Assembly: GCA_964016885.1 (NCBI GenBank)
Contig: OZ024742.1
Location: forward strand, 176,948,001-177,012,000
Origin: Eledone cirrhosa
Taxonomy: Eukaryota
Length of the DNA: 64,000 bases
Direction: 5' to 3'
Shown here in pieces: positions 48,961 to 63,281 of this stretch (position 1 is its first letter; every line of letters begins with the position of its first letter). Position numbers and translations under genes: made by a program. Below the pieces are notes generated by a model. That model was not told where the DNA came from and made no database searches. It worked only from the letters and a program-made list of their open reading frames with translations.

Positions 48961-49684
48961 TCCCCCCTCTTCTCTGTCCGTCCGCCTGCCTCTCTCTTCA
49001 TTCTTATTTTCTTTACGTTTTGGGGGTTTCTTTTTTTGTTTTTGTTTTTCTCTGTTTTTCTCGTTTTTTACTGTTGTTGCTGTGCTGCTTTTGTTGTTTA
49101 TTTTTTCTTTTTTCTTTTGAGTCTATCTATATATTTTGATGCCTTCCTCTTTTTTAGCAGTAGGGATTCTATAATGTGGTGGCAGCAGCCAGCTAAAAGA
49201 AGAAGTGGGAGACTGGCGGCGGTAGCGATACTGAGACAGTGGTGGTGGTGATGTCGATACCGAGACAGTGGTGGCGGTGATGTGACCGTATTACTGTAGC
49301 GATGGTGCTGTAGCGGTGGCAGCAGTGAAGGAGTGAAGGGGTGGTGGCGGCGGTGATGGGATAATGGTTGTAATGATGGCCGTAGTGATCGGTGGTGGTT
49401 TAGTGTACACAGGTGATAGGGTGGGTGGTGTATCTAGTTTCTGGTGTTGGTGAGTTTGGCTGTTCTATATAGTGTATACAGAGGAGGAGGGGGGGGGGTT
49501 CTTCTTCCATTTATAGCCATTTTCTTTTTTGGATATACAGTGTACAATACAAAGTTGAATATTTGAATATTTGAGCCTTATAACAATATATTTTGGGTCC
49601 GAATTTTTTGGGGCTCAAGCCGGGTGCTTTACGTAGCATTTGTACTAAGAGTTGTTATTTCACAAATGGTTTAAATATGTTAAA

Positions 49685-49744
<60 letters not shown>

Positions 49745-49930
49745 CATCATCACTATTCGTATAAATATGCAGCTTAACAATATTCTGCATTGACAATACA
49801 TCTAATGCTGAAACCGGTATTGTAAATAAATTAATTGTTTTTGCTTTATGCACAAGGCCAGCGATTTACCAGTACATTACATTATTTTTTCAGTGAAATA
49901 TCAAAACATTAATATATTTACAATACGGTG

Positions 49931-50103
49931 AAGGGCGGTGAATTGGCTGTATCGGTAGAGGGTTGGACGCCATGCTTTCTAGCATAGTTACGTCCCTTTA
50001 CAGTCTGAGTTCAAATCCCGCCGAGGTTAACTTTGCCTTTCATCTTTACGGGGTCGATAAAATAAAGTACCAGTAAGGTACTGGGTAATTGCTGGCTTGT
50101 GCT
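49931..50103 (+). mobile_element. tRNA-derived SINE (OK-like)
   Basis: A-box TGGCTGTATCGG, B-box GAGTTCAAATCC and the shared body. Confidence 0.9.
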
Positions 50104-50449
50104 TATTATATATATATATATATATATATATAGTTGTACTGCCTTTCAACGCGGTAGAAAAGTACGAAGAGCAAATGATGACAAATGATACAAAAAAAAA
50201 CAATGTAATGTTTTACCAAGTGTATTTAGGCATGGTATTCCTGCGCTAGTGCCTTCCTTTCACATGCGAAACTGAAACAGTCTAAGTAAAAAACAAACGA
50301 GGTATAAGGTCTCTTATTGTTTTCTTCTCTAGCTGTCTATGTGTTTGCTTCGTATGTTTGCTGTAGCGATTCCTCACAAACGCATGTCTTTTGCAAGCAC
50401 GTAGACCAGTTAGGGAAGAACATTTTGAAAACTCAGATAGCTCGTTTGT

Positions 50450-51027
50450 TTTGACTTGAACTGTTCCGCTTTACGTCTGAAAGCAGGTTAATAGCCATGA
50501 AATATCATGCTGAAATACACTGGTTAAAACATTACTTGAGGTTGTACATCATGGAGAATGTTCATCAAGTATGGATGCGATGTATTTGAGCAAAAGCGAG
50601 AGAAGCATTTTGCTTGAAACGTTCATTCCATAAGCAGCTCTCGGGTGTTGTTACTGCAAAACTCCAACAGGAATTGAGGTGCAATATATGTGGTCGATTT
50701 CTCCAATCAAGAGCTGGATTTATCAACTATTTGAAGTCAAACAAGGCAGCAAGTAAAGTCACTTCTGAGATAGTCCACCGCCACGCACTCCACGAAACAT
50801 TTGCAATGAATATCCCTTAATTTGCAAGTCAGCTGGTGGACTGATCAGACATGGTAGAATGAATGAAAACACACTACAGTCGGTATAGCCAGGAGACAGA
50901 CAGTTCATGCGTCACATCTTCGAGCGTGCTTGTAAAGCAGAAGCTGATCTGAAAGGTCACCTGCATGCACATAATCGAGCATTATTCAATGAAGGATTGG
51001 CTCTCAAAAGGTATGAATGTATGTATG
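50450..51027 (+). mobile_element. Decayed 3' end of an RTE-type LINE with C2H2-finger remnants
   Basis: CNICGRFLQSRAGFINYLKS, a second remnant ending LKGHLHAH, and a (GTAT)n-like tail. Confidence 0.55.
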
Positions 51028-51632
51028 TTCTCCTGGATTTATAATTTCACTAATTTTTACCAATAGAGAGAGAGAGAGAAAGTCGGTTTCTACCATAGAT
51101 GCAAGAGTCTCTCATTGGAATTTACACATCATCAACTAGGTAAATATGTCTGCCTGTCTGCATGTGTATGCAGATATAGATGTTATTGTATGTGTGGATG
51201 TGTACTTTTTTAGTTATATGTGTGCATGCGCATATGCTTTGTATCTGTACAAGTGTATATGCAGTTATTGGATGCAGAATTAATGGATTGTACTAGTAAT
51301 TTTTAAACTAGTTGTGTTCTTTCTGTTTCTGTGAAGCCTAGCTTCTCAAGATTTGTACTGAGGCAGCTACTAACATATCCCAATGCCCCAATAATCACAG
51401 GCGTAAATCAATCTGAAGGTATAGTCAGGGTGGAGTATCTGCAGATTTCTCATTTTTCTGCATAGATATTCTCCTTTTCGCTAATATTTAATATAATATT
51501 GGCATTTGCTGAGCAGCTAACTTTCACCACTGTGCATGCCTTCTTTCCCTGTCCCATATCATTATAACTTGTCTGGTATGCCTGCATTCTATTGGGACTT
51601 TGACTGGATCATTCCACCAGTACTCTTTCATA
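51028..51632 (-). mobile_element. 3' fragment of the (CATA)n-tailed R4/Dong-like family
   Basis: Diverged reverse complement of about 33030-33650. Confidence 0.85.
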
Positions 51633-51952
51633 TTATGTATGTATGGATATGTGTATGTATATGTTTTGTATGTAGGTATACTTGCAAGTGTGTGTATATA
51701 TATGTGTTATTTAATATAATCATTGTTTAAAAATATACAATACACGTATTTCAAGATTTGAGCGTCAACACCCGTGTTAACACTTAAGATCCGAAACATG
51801 CATACAACGTTTGAACTTTTTATATCAGTCTACATTAAAAAAAATCATGTCTCGAAAATTCAGCTTCAGTTAGAATCTAACTGCTCAAAAGTAATTTATG
51901 TATTTATGTAAATAGACGTGTGTGTATGTTATTATATATGCATGTATGTGTA

Positions 51953-52450
51953 TGTCAGGTCGCTCTCAAGTGCTACTGGTAACATGTTACCCAGTACAAC
52001 CTGTCTCATATTCGGGTCATCGACGACTAAATCGGTAAACCCACCAAGCTTGCTTAATGAGGAGGGTGATATTTGGACACCTTGCGGCATGAAATACAAG
52101 ATCCGGCAAAGGGCGGAGGAACTCAACAGTGTCAACGGGCATCCAAACAGTACTTTTGTTTTTTTGTTTCTTTACACCTTGGAGTTAAAGGCCCACAGTT
52201 GTCGTCACAACACCTTTCTAGGAGAGGGAAACTCTGAAAAAAAAAAACCTGCGGCTTCAGAAGCATCCGATGATGTTGACAAGTTCTCCTTTTCAGGTAG
52301 TGTTTTCAATGCTCAGAGAGTGAGATTTGTCGAGTGCAAGACCTTTCCCCACTTAAAAAAAGCCTTCAAAGCACAGGCATTGCTTGTTCAGGATCTCTTA
52401 CAAGCGATTGCATTACTCTTAGCAGAGTTTGCAGCCATCATGTGTATTAG
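51953..52450 (+). mobile_element. Non-autonomous RTE-derived element, diverged subfamily
   Basis: 5' end GTCAGGTC..TACTGGTAAC..CCAGTACAACCTG..CGACTAAA and 3' part GCACAGGCATTGCTT..GCAGCCATCATG align with 33672-34280. Confidence 0.75.
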
Positions 52451-52577
52451 CATACATACATAGACACACACAGCCACACACACACAGCCACACACACACA
52501 GACACACACACACAGCCACACACACACAGCCACACACACACCCACACACACACATACACACACACGTATATATATAC

Positions 52578-52609
<32 letters not shown>

Positions 52610-53421
52610 ATATGTATGTATGTATGTAAAAAAAATATCATGTCTCGAAAATTCAACTTCATATGCATGTTTGTTTGTATTATGATATGTGTTTATTCAC
52701 ATATGTATTTATGTATGATCTAAGACGTGTGTTATACGAACGTTTTATTGATGGTAATATCGAAATGTTATTAAAGAAAGATCAAATAAATATATATAAA
52801 GAAGAAAGACGAAAAATCAACACAAAAAGCTTTCGGTCAAACACACTCAGTTCCATATAAAGAGAAAAACAACCTCGTATTACAAATAACATCTAGCTGT
52901 GACCGGTTTACAATGAAGCTTTTGCAGGTCTGATGTCTTTCGTGACGAGTTATGCCCCATGGCTAACTCGAGAACATAGTATCACAGTCCGATATATTTA
53001 CGCTAGGTATATCATTATAATGGTGGGATCCAGTTTCATCTTTGTGCTTTGCAATTGATACATAAACATACACAAACACATACTGATAAAGTCACACAGT
53101 CAAACGCATACGCAATTACAGTCACATACTTACAGTCACATACACTGCCAAACACGCACTTACAGTCACATACACTTTCAAACACACACGCAGGCACCCC
53201 ACTACACACACACAGTCACACACACACACATAGTCACACAGAGTTAGACAGTTAAAATCACACAATAGAAGTATCTAATATATATAGTGGGACACTGGGT
53301 ACACACATAATTATCTCACACTATTCTCTCTTTCTAACTCTGTCTCTGTTTCTCAACCTCTCACTACCACTCTCACACCATCTCTATCCGCCTCCCTCCT
53401 CCCCCCTCCCACCCCTTCTCT

Positions 53422-53499
<78 letters not shown>

Positions 53500-53555
53500 T
53501 AATAAAAATAATGAATAAAAACAAAAAAACAGTTACTTATATTAAAAAAATTCAT

Positions 53556-53683
53556 CATTTTACGATCGTTTCTAGGATATATATGTGTGTTGGTATGTAT
53601 ATTATATAGATCTATGTAAAAGTTTTACAAACTATCAGAGGGAATATACATACCTACACATATATATGCTGTCTTCAGAAATA
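53556..53683 (-). ncRNA. Hammerhead with long stem II, family F (left arm)
   Basis: Minus strand TATTT-CTGAAGA-CAGCATATATATGTGT..ACACATATATATCCTA-GAA-ACGATCGT-A-AAATG. Confidence 0.75.
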
Positions 53684-53700
53684 AATTTAAAATCACACAA

Positions 53701-53830
53701 TATTTCTGAAGACAGCATATATATGTGTAGGTATGCATATTCCCTTTGATAGTTTGTAAAACTTTTACATAGATCTATATAATATACAAACCAACACACA
53801 CATATATATCCTAGAAACGATCGTAAAATG
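53701..53830 (+). ncRNA. Hammerhead with long stem II, family F (right arm)
   Basis: Same motif; perfectly palindromic stem III ACGATCGT and a GUA site. Confidence 0.75.
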
Positions 53831-54025
53831 ATGAATTTTTTAATATAAGTAACTGTTTCTTTGTTTTTATTCATTATTTTTATTAATTTATCTAGACTCT
53901 GTTTTCCTGTGTTTTTTCATTGAAAACATTTTTAATACATCTTCTCTTTTCATGATATTTGGATTACATTGAGTTCTTCATACGGATTGGACACTACCGT
54001 ATATTTTGGTAGATTTATCTATCTA

Positions 54026-54125
<100 letters not shown>

Positions 54126-54544
54126 GTTTCTGGCGGGGATCATTTAAGAAAAATCTTCGTCCAAGTGAGTTTGTTTCCTGATGATTTCGAAGCTCGTGAA
54201 TTTATCCTTGATCGGATATTTCCAAACGCGAATGAAATTCCATGGGGTAGAAACGTAATCTTGGAATGTTTATATACATTTTTTCTACTAACTTTAATTT
54301 TATACCTAATTGTGTATGGTTGACGATATATTTAATCAATTTCCACGTGCTATTGAAGTGGTGGGTAAATATTCTATAGCTGTTGATCGCGAATAGATGG
54401 CTGTCGTTTATTTATCTATTATTTCTTCATAGGTGCCTTTTAATCTTATAGCCTGGTTTAATTGTTTTTTTGTGAGGTTGATTATGCTGATTGGGAGAGG
54501 AGATGGTGTATATATCTTATCAAACGATTCTACGGACATACGTT

Positions 54545-54608
<64 letters not shown>

Positions 54609-55146
54609 TATATATATATATATATACAATAACTTATGTCCATAGAATCTTTGATAAGGTATATAAATTTTATTTTCCTTCGTTTTTAACAACATTATTT
54701 AATAACATCTAACTCTTATTTTTCACATATTATGAATTAATATAAATTTATCCTTATAAGCATACCTACCAATCAATTAAATTTCTTGTTATAGATCTAA
54801 ATTCCTTGTGTTTTAAATAAGAGTGGTATTTCATACTAACACCTTCACCCTAACATTTTATTCTCCTTCGATTTTAACATTAGCATTATTCTTTAATAAC
54901 ATCAAATGTTCGTGTACCTTTCACCGGCTTCACCTCTTTTCATCCCCAAACTATTATTTTCATTCAAAGTATTATTTCCATTCAAAACTTAAGTATGCAT
55001 TCCTCTACCCCTAAATTAAATTTCTACTACTACTATTCTATCAACTTGAACACTTACTACTTTTCTATTGGTCAATTCAAAACCTGTTCCCAAACAGACC
55101 TATTATATAAAATCTTTGTTGTTTTTTTTCAATAAACAAATATAAT

Positions 55147-55330
55147 TATTTCAGAAGACAGCATATATATGGTATATATAGGTATTTATATTTCCTCTGA
55201 TAGTTTGTAAAATTTGTACATAAATCTATATGATATAACACACATATATATCCTAGAAACGATCGGAAAATGATAAATATTTTAATATAAGGAACTTGTT
55301 CTTTGTTTTTATTCATTGTTTTTATTAATA
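55147..55330 (+). mobile_element. Third family F copy with mutated hammerhead (CAGAAGA core, GGA site)
   Basis: Aligns to 53701-53891 and ends in (TA)n; 54627-55146 may be its upstream body. Confidence 0.75.
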
Positions 55331-55455
55331 TATATATATATATATATATAAGTATGTATATATATATATAAGCATGTATACGTACATACATATATGTATA
55401 GGGACGTACAATAGTATGTATATATATATATATACATGCACACATATATATATGT

Positions 55456-55910
55456 CCGAATAAAGCCGTACAGTGTCTAGCAACCATCGTTGCTCATTTG
55501 TTCAACACTGACAAAGGAAGGCTGTACTAGTTTTAAGCTTATTAGCTATCGTCAACAACGTATACCTTCCTGACAGATGATTGAACGTCTGAAAGTATAT
55601 ACTTGCCTTATGCATATTAACGGCTGAGCAGCCTAATTTGCATAACGAGTGAGTTAATCGCCCGGGCGCACGGAAAATGATAAACAGAAAAAATGAAACG
55701 AAATTTCATTTCTCACTCTTAGTATGGCTGTTACTTAAATATAAGTATGTATACGTACATACATATATGTACACATATATATATATATATGTACGTATGG
55801 ATTCACCGAACATTTATTATAATGCTCGGTGTGTTTGTAAACAAACATCCCGAATTAAGCCGTAGTGTCTAGCAACCATAGTTGCTCATTTGTTCAATAC
55901 TGACAAAGGA
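55456..55910 (-). mobile_element. Retrozyme-like partial tandem (about 1.15 units of 394 bp), family G, with decayed hammerhead at 55521-55559
   Basis: 55456-55518 is repeated at 55850-55910; TA-flanked; homologous to 62667-63428 in a different permutation. Confidence 0.72.
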
Positions 55911-56110
55911 TATATATATATATATATACATGCATGTGTGTGTGTGTGTGTCTGTGTGTCTACGTGTGTGTGTTGAATTATTCCCTGGCGCCCGATGAGA
56001 GGTCAGTGGTGAAACGGCTGCTCTACCATACAGTGGTAGGCATAACTGGAGCCCGAACCTTAAATTCACGGATACTTGGTTAGTGAACGTAATTTTAATT
56101 ATACTATACA

Positions 56111-56150
<40 letters not shown>

Positions 56151-57439
56151 CGGTGTTTTCATGTGCGGAGGTGTTATAAGATAGCTTACAAAATAGTTTG
56201 GAGACTCTTCGAGAAGGAAGATGATGTTGCCATCGGCTACTATGGGGAATCGAATCTCGTATATCCCAGATATTGGCTTTTAGTTTCAAAGCGCAAAACC
56301 GGTATCTGGAGACCAACCGAGCTGATAGATGTCATACAACAACCATCTTGATCGTGGTCTAACTCTGAGTGTGCTACTTTAGAATCTGCGTAGGGATTCT
56401 TTCCTTAGACATGCTAAGAAGTTGTTCACAGTATCGGATCTGTGCTCAACCACATACATATAAATACCATGGGTAGGCCGTTCCTTTGATCGAGTAATTA
56501 GAACACTAATCTTCTAAACCGACGGAGGTCCATACCTTCAATAATACCCGACATTCTACTTTTACTATGTTGACTAGTTTCCAAATATAATTATATGTCC
56601 TTTCTTTGTCGCTCCTCCTCTCACGTGATCTCTTTCATTTTTTTTCCATCACCTTTCACTCTTTTTTTATATCCCGAAATTAATATATAAAGTAATAAAT
56701 CTTCTGAAAGAAAATGTCATTAGAATGTTATCGATCTTTTCTCACTCTTTGTGCAGACACAGTTTCCTCTCTATGCAGTTGTTCAATTTAACCTGATTTC
56801 ACCATCCACTCAAATGCTGGCGTTTTCCTTTATCAAAGCATCTCTTTGTAAATATATTCACTTTAATCTCGGGTTAAGTCCAAAGAACCTAACGCATTAA
56901 ACTCGTTTCATTTTCTCCTGAATCTATTGTCTAAATTGCGAGATCCGGAATACAACTGAAGGGTTTTAAAGAAACATTTTTGATGTTTTGATATAAATGT
57001 AGTTCTATATGGAATCCCTAATACAACATTCGTATTGGAGGCCTAACGAGAGGAGATCATTCACGCATTTGCTTTACAGTTCCCTTGTCAGAAACAGAAG
57101 TTGTCATTCAATTTAGAAGCTGCTCTAGCTTCCCTTTAAGATTCTTTGACGAAATATCAATGTGTGAAATTACTCATCTCAAGAGAAATATTATAAATGT
57201 ATTGTTTCTAAAGGAAAAAGTCAGATTTGTACAGCCATGTAAATATTCTGTTTGATTAGGGATCGGATGATCAACTTAAATATAAATGTAAATATCACTC
57301 CAGAGAACTCATGGTAAAGTAATTGAAGTCTTCCTTGCCAAATTATTTCATGATTCTGGTCGGTTACGATTGTGAATTTTGGAAACGATTTTACCTTACA
57401 AATATATCTTCAGTCAGGAGCCATTGAAGCGTCAGAAAA

Positions 57440-57585
57440 TTCTTAGCAGTTCTGTTTCGGCTCCAAATGTTTATAGCCCGCCGAGGCCATCTTTGCCTTT
57501 CATCTTTCTGGGATCAATATATTCGGCTTTCTTCTTCTCTCAAAGTTTCTGGCATTGTGCCTACTTTAAAAATCCTTATTATAAT
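57440..57585 (+). mobile_element. Old OK-like SINE
   Basis: GCCCGCCGAGGCCATCTTTGCCTTTCATCTTTCTGGGATCAATA. Confidence 0.6.
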
Positions 57586-58651
57586 AAACAATTGGAAGGT
57601 AATGCACTATTTCTGACCCAATGAAATTAAACTCGAATTATTTGGCAAATCAGTTTTATAAAATATCACCAACATTCGTTCAGATCAAATCCAGTATAAT
57701 TTCATTAAAACAGTCTGCCGCCCAAATATCTATTTAACATGTTTTTTCTACATCACATATCTCAACGAGTGATATTTTATGAACGTAATTCATGAAACAT
57801 TGATTGATAGTGTCGACAATGAACTCTGTGTATTCGAGGCGAATTTTTTTACTGTGAATGAGCAAAACATTTGGTCACGGATCTCAAGTTTCTGACCGAT
57901 GAAACTATATAAGAGCTTTTGATTATATTAAAAGGTCATTAGAACTCTCTCCCTCTCCCGATAAGATAATTCCAGAACCGACTGTTATACATGTTCCTCA
58001 AAATATTTTGTACAACACTGAATTATTCATATAGATTTATACCCACAACATGGCAAGGTATTTGTTTTTACGACTGTGAAAAAAAAAAATAAACACCGAA
58101 TGCTATATAATATAGCTCGGTGTGATATATAGTTTTCCACCTCATCGCAAGACATTTCATGTAAAACATCGACAATTTCAAAATGCCGGTGTTAACAAAC
58201 ATTGGAAAAATTTGAAATAAATGTGTCCCAACATAAATGAACATAATAATAGTTGATCACTGGCACACGCCTCTGTTCAATTTTGTCCGTTACCAGGTGT
58301 ATTTTAACCATTTTCTCCTTTAATATCCATTGCGATCGCCTATTATTATGGCATGCCAACATTTCAAATTGATACGTACATATGATTCTTCATATTACTC
58401 CATAAATATTGTTGTAGTTTGCCAGCTTCATTGGAATGTTGGACATTGCAGTATTTGTTTCAGTTCTTTACACTGATTTCAAATGTTTCTCAGGTCAATT
58501 TCGTCCGTCATAATTTCGAGTCAGATAAAATAATGTACCAATGAAGTACTCAGACTATTTAATCGACTAACTACTTAACACCAATGCTGCAGCTTTGTGC
58601 TTTCCTTTGGAAATATGTTATTCTGTGAAGTTTTGAAAATTACAGAGTGCA

Positions 58652-58950
58652 TGGTGAAAGCGTATGGCTTGCTGGTGAAGATGTTCAGCTCATAATTGTA
58701 ATGTCACGTGTTTGATTCCTGACAGTGTATTCTTAATTCCATGTGCTCCAGTTCACTCAGCCACCAAAAGCGAGTTTTGCCGGTAAATCAGAGGCAATAT
58801 TATCACAACCTGCTGGACACTGAATATACTTGAAAAACACTTTAAATATACATATGAATGCTCAGTAAAAAGCGCGTAAATTTCACCAACAGGCTGTTCC
58901 GTTGATGGAATCCACTAGAAAAGCTGTCGTCAGAAACAATACCGGCCCAA
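58652..58950 (+). mobile_element. Old tRNA-derived SINE of a second family
   Basis: A-box-like TGGCTTGCTGGT, B-box-like GTTTGATTCC and a GCTCCAGTTCACTCAGC core. Confidence 0.5.
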
Positions 58951-59287
58951 AACACAACAACGAGAGTAAGGAGGAATATTCTCATTAATATATCTTCGTG
59001 ACGATTTCGAATCTTCTTTGAAGCAGTTTTATTTCTCTTACACTTTTATATCTTTCAGATATGCACAATCTAATTCAGAACTATAAACTTGTAATATTTT
59101 ACACCAGGAATAAATCAATATTACACTACCAACAAGAAATATTACTTTTACTGTATGCATACTTTATGGAAATTCCAATGTAAATTCAAGATTGGTTATG
59201 AATATGATTTTAATGTGAAACAGTTAGAGGAAAAAAGCATATTTAATTTAGAACATAAAATATATTCATTTTAATTTTCGCTTAGAA

Positions 59288-59500
59288 TATTTGTTTCTAA
59301 TTCTGTTACAAAGGCAGCAATGTTAGCGTGGAAGGGAAGGTCGAAGGAATTGATCCCAAAACTATATTTTATCGTTTATGGTAGGATGAAGGGCAAAATC
59401 GATCTTGGTCGGATTTGTTCCCAGAACATAGAATATCGTAACAAAATACTGCCAAACATTTTATCCGACACACTAACAATACTGCCAATATACCGCCTTG
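59288..59500 (-). mobile_element. Old OK-like SINE
   Basis: GGATGAAGGGCAAAATCGATCTTGGTCGGATTTG; diverged homologue of 3441-3625. Confidence 0.65.
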
Positions 59501-60369
59501 TGTCCGTATTTTATCAGTAAAAGTGGACATACCCAATCAAGTTAAACAGAAATTCTTTACAAAAGTCTGCTGTTAGAATTTGATTATTCACCTAAGAGTT
59601 AAGCCAGGGTTTTAGACAAAAAAACATTGATTACTCTCATTGATAGTGTTTCCTTTGTATACATGAAGTTTTCAACGTGATGTTTACGTGATGAGAGTTT
59701 CCTAAAAGAAAACCAATGGAATAATCTACAATTCATTACAAAGAAAAAATAGACTGAATGTGTCTAGAATGTGCATATTTCTCCGTCTCATACTTAATAT
59801 CCATCTCTCGATCTATCTATCTCAGAAGAGATACAAATTGTTAATTACAATGTGAAATGAGATGGATAACATCGGATAAGATATGTGAAACGAATTTTTT
59901 CATTTAAATGACGTGTCTTAGCATTAGGTTGTATGTGGAAAATATCTACCTAAGTCTATTAAAACACGGTCAGGTCTTGGTAGAGCACTCAATCGGAGCA
60001 AAGAGTTGTGATATACAGTTATTTATTACACTTAGAACAGTTTGCTTGACACGCGTTTCATTGTCAAATAATTCTTCCTTGCAGCTTGTCGTTAGCAAAC
60101 TGTATCTATTAGTGTATTATTAATATAAATATATAGGTATATCTGTATATATACAGATTGAGTAAATGACGCTGCCCAAGTATTTAGTTTCAATATGTAT
60201 GCATTTAAACATGCCAGAAAATATGAATTTACCTGTAAATTGAAAAGAAATGTCAAACACCTTTGATTAAGTTGGAACTAGTTGGGTTTCATCACAATCT
60301 TGTTTACCCACTGTGTATGTATACAGGTATAATTGTATCGTATACTTCGGCTGCATAGCGCACATCTTC

Positions 60370-60420
<51 letters not shown>

Positions 60421-60424
60421 CATA

Positions 60425-61228
60425 TATTGTTATACATTGGGAGGGTCATGTTGCCAATAAACCAGACGCACCTGTTGGGTTTCGCCTCTGTATGTCTTCA
60501 TTTTGTTCTTAATTACTAATTGTGATGTTGTTGTTATTCCACTTATGTTTTCTGTTTAATTTTGGTTGGAGTTCGTTTAAGCTTGTCGCGTCTGTAATTT
60601 GTCTGAGCATTGCGTCTTTTCTGTCTGTGGATATCATTTTTAGATCTCTAATGTGCCCCTATGTTCTATGTTGGCATATTGGCGGAGTACTGATTAGTTT
60701 TTCCCATCTTGGAGTTCTCAACAGTGTTCATTTATCCTTTCTCCTACGCTACGGGATGTTTCACCTATCTATGTTATGTTCTTATTCCAATAATCTCTTT
60801 CTGTACATCTTATGCTATATACTACGTTCCTAGTTTTGCAGTTTGTTTGTGGGCTTAATTTGCAGACTATGCATTTTCTATCAGTGGAAGGGGGTCTTTG
60901 AAACGGATATGTTTTACTAATTAGTGTTTTTTATGGAAATACCTGGAATTTTGACTACCTTAATAATCAATTTTAGATTGTCTAGAGCCTTTCTAAATCT
61001 TTGAGCTAGTTCGCTTCTGGGGTTTCAATTGACAAACATTACACTCTGGTATTTATTGCTATCATACCATTAGTTGATTTTATTTGTCTTTTAATCAATC
61101 CTTTCTATTTTATTCCATACTTTGCTCCTATAGATGTGGCAAGTCCTATTTTCTACACCCTTTGTCCATTTGATCCTGACTCCTTTATATACCCTGATCT
61201 GGCCTCTCTGTTTGTAGTCAGAGAACTG
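60425..61228 (-). mobile_element. Diverged 3' fragment (GIY-YIG region) of the 17126-21792 Penelope family
   Basis: Same terminus TTGTTATAC.TTGGGAGGGTCATGTTGCCAATAA next to (TA)n; body aligns to about 17600-18350; the hammerhead-bearing UTR part is missing. Confidence 0.85.
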
Positions 61229-61453
61229 GTGCGGAGCAAGGCTGGCCCATTAATTTACGCTTTCTGTCAACACATTTTCATTTACAAGATCGACAGTTAT
61301 TGAAAATAATAGTTGTCCAAATTGCCATTCGGCCATGTTACGTTCATATTTTTAATATATTAGTAAGAATTCACCGTGTCACATTGGAAAATCCCCCACC
61401 CCCTCCTCCTCCACTTCATCCTCCTCCTCCTCCTCCTCATACGATTACTACTT

Positions 61454-61523
<70 letters not shown>

Positions 61524-61970
61524 AAAGTATGGAATACAAGTACAATTGCCGCTCTGTGAATTCGAATAACCAATAATAGATGAATAATAGATTACGGACA
61601 CCGGTGGTAACAGCAGCGACAACAACAACAACATCAACAACAGCAACAGTAGTAGTAGTAGTAGTAGTAGTAGCAGTAGTAGTAGTAAGCTGTGATGGCG
61701 GCGGCGGCAGCAAAGACAAAATAGGAACTGCCACAAGAAATCCAAGACAAATTTCTATGTAAAGTTTGAAGTATTTCACTGAAATCAGTGCGTCTGTATT
61801 CCGGTATTGAAATGAAGAGGCGCAGGAAGTTTCCAGTTTTGATTCCTATTTATGTAGGAAATGTCACAATAAATTTTTGTTATACACAAAGTGAAGCCGA
61901 GCGTAGACTTCTTGCATCTTTACAGCTAATGGTTCTGTCTTGAAAAAATACGTATATGTGTGTGTGTGTG

Positions 61971-62016
<46 letters not shown>

Positions 62017-62025
62017 TGTGTGTGT

Positions 62026-62085
<60 letters not shown>

Positions 62086-62264
62086 GTACATGTGAGTATG
62101 TGTTTGTATTCTTTTCTGTTTCTTCTGCTATCTGCATATAAGTGTTTGTTAGGAATAAATTAGTTATTTTGACATTTGACAAGCTAAACCGTATATATTT
62201 TCCTATGTTTATATCATAGCATAGCAGTGCATATATTCACATACATACATACATACCTACATAC

Positions 62265-62615
62265 ATGAACGCTGCCCCTCGTTACCGAGTATGGCCATCG
62301 CACGATATACCATTATTAATAATAATTAATTAATTCTATCGTGCAATGCCTGTGCGAGAAGATATTTTTTAAAGTGAGGAAAAACTGTGCACTGAGCCAA
62401 TCCCACTCTCTGAGCGACAGTAGCTATAACCCGAAAAGAAGAAAAGATCAACATCATCGGTAACTACTGAGCCGCAGGTTTTATATCGGAGTTATCCCAG
62501 TTTCCTGAGTAGTTTTCTCCTAGAAGAATGCCCTGACAAAGGCTAGGAGTCCTTCACTCCCAGTGGTTTAACCACGTGATTGGCTGTCCAGCCCGACTAT
62601 TTCTATGTCCCCGCA
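62265..62615 (-). mobile_element. Diverged RTE-derived non-autonomous element
   Basis: GCAATGCCTGTGC..TCCCACTCTC..TCAACATCAT shared with 30415-30815; (TACA)n flanks. Confidence 0.7.
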
Positions 62616-62666
62616 CTTATACATACATATGTACATACATACGTAAATATATATATATATATATAA

Positions 62667-63196
62667 ATGGAAAAAAATGAAATTTCATTTCTCACTCTTA
62701 GTACGGCTGATATTTAAATATAAGTAGGTATTATTACATACATATATGTATACAGACGCACAGTAGTATGTATATACATACATACATGCACACATATAAT
62801 ATATATATATATATATATATGTACGTATAGGTTTACCGAACATTTATCATAATGTTCGGTTTGTTCGTAAACAAACAGCCCGGATTATTAGCCATACAGT
62901 GTTCGGCAACATTCGTTGCCCTTCTGTTCAACACTGACAAAGGAACGATGAACTAGTTTGCAGCTTATTAGCTGTCGTCAGCACTGTATACCTTCCTGTC
63001 AGTTGATTGAAGGTTTGAAAGTATCAGCCTAATTTGCATATCGAGTGATTTAGTCGGCTGGGCGTACTGAAAACGATAAATGAAAAAAATGAAATTTCAT
63101 TTCTCACTCTTAGTACAGCTGATACTTAAATATAAGTATGTATACGTACATATATGTATACATACGTACAGTAGTATGTATATACATACATACATG

Positions 63197-63281
<85 letters not shown>

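Larger units (their letters stand above)
53494..53891. repeat. Near-perfect fold-back: two arms of about 190 bp with a 17-nt spacer, family F
   Basis: 53494-53683 is the reverse complement of 53701-53891 with only a few differences. Confidence 0.95.

Noticed and set aside
56680-58430. Possible decayed DDE transposase or host exons on the minus strand
   Set aside because: Only a faint KNKYLAMLW-like remnant near 58045-58078; no ORF, terminal repeats or convincing splice structure.
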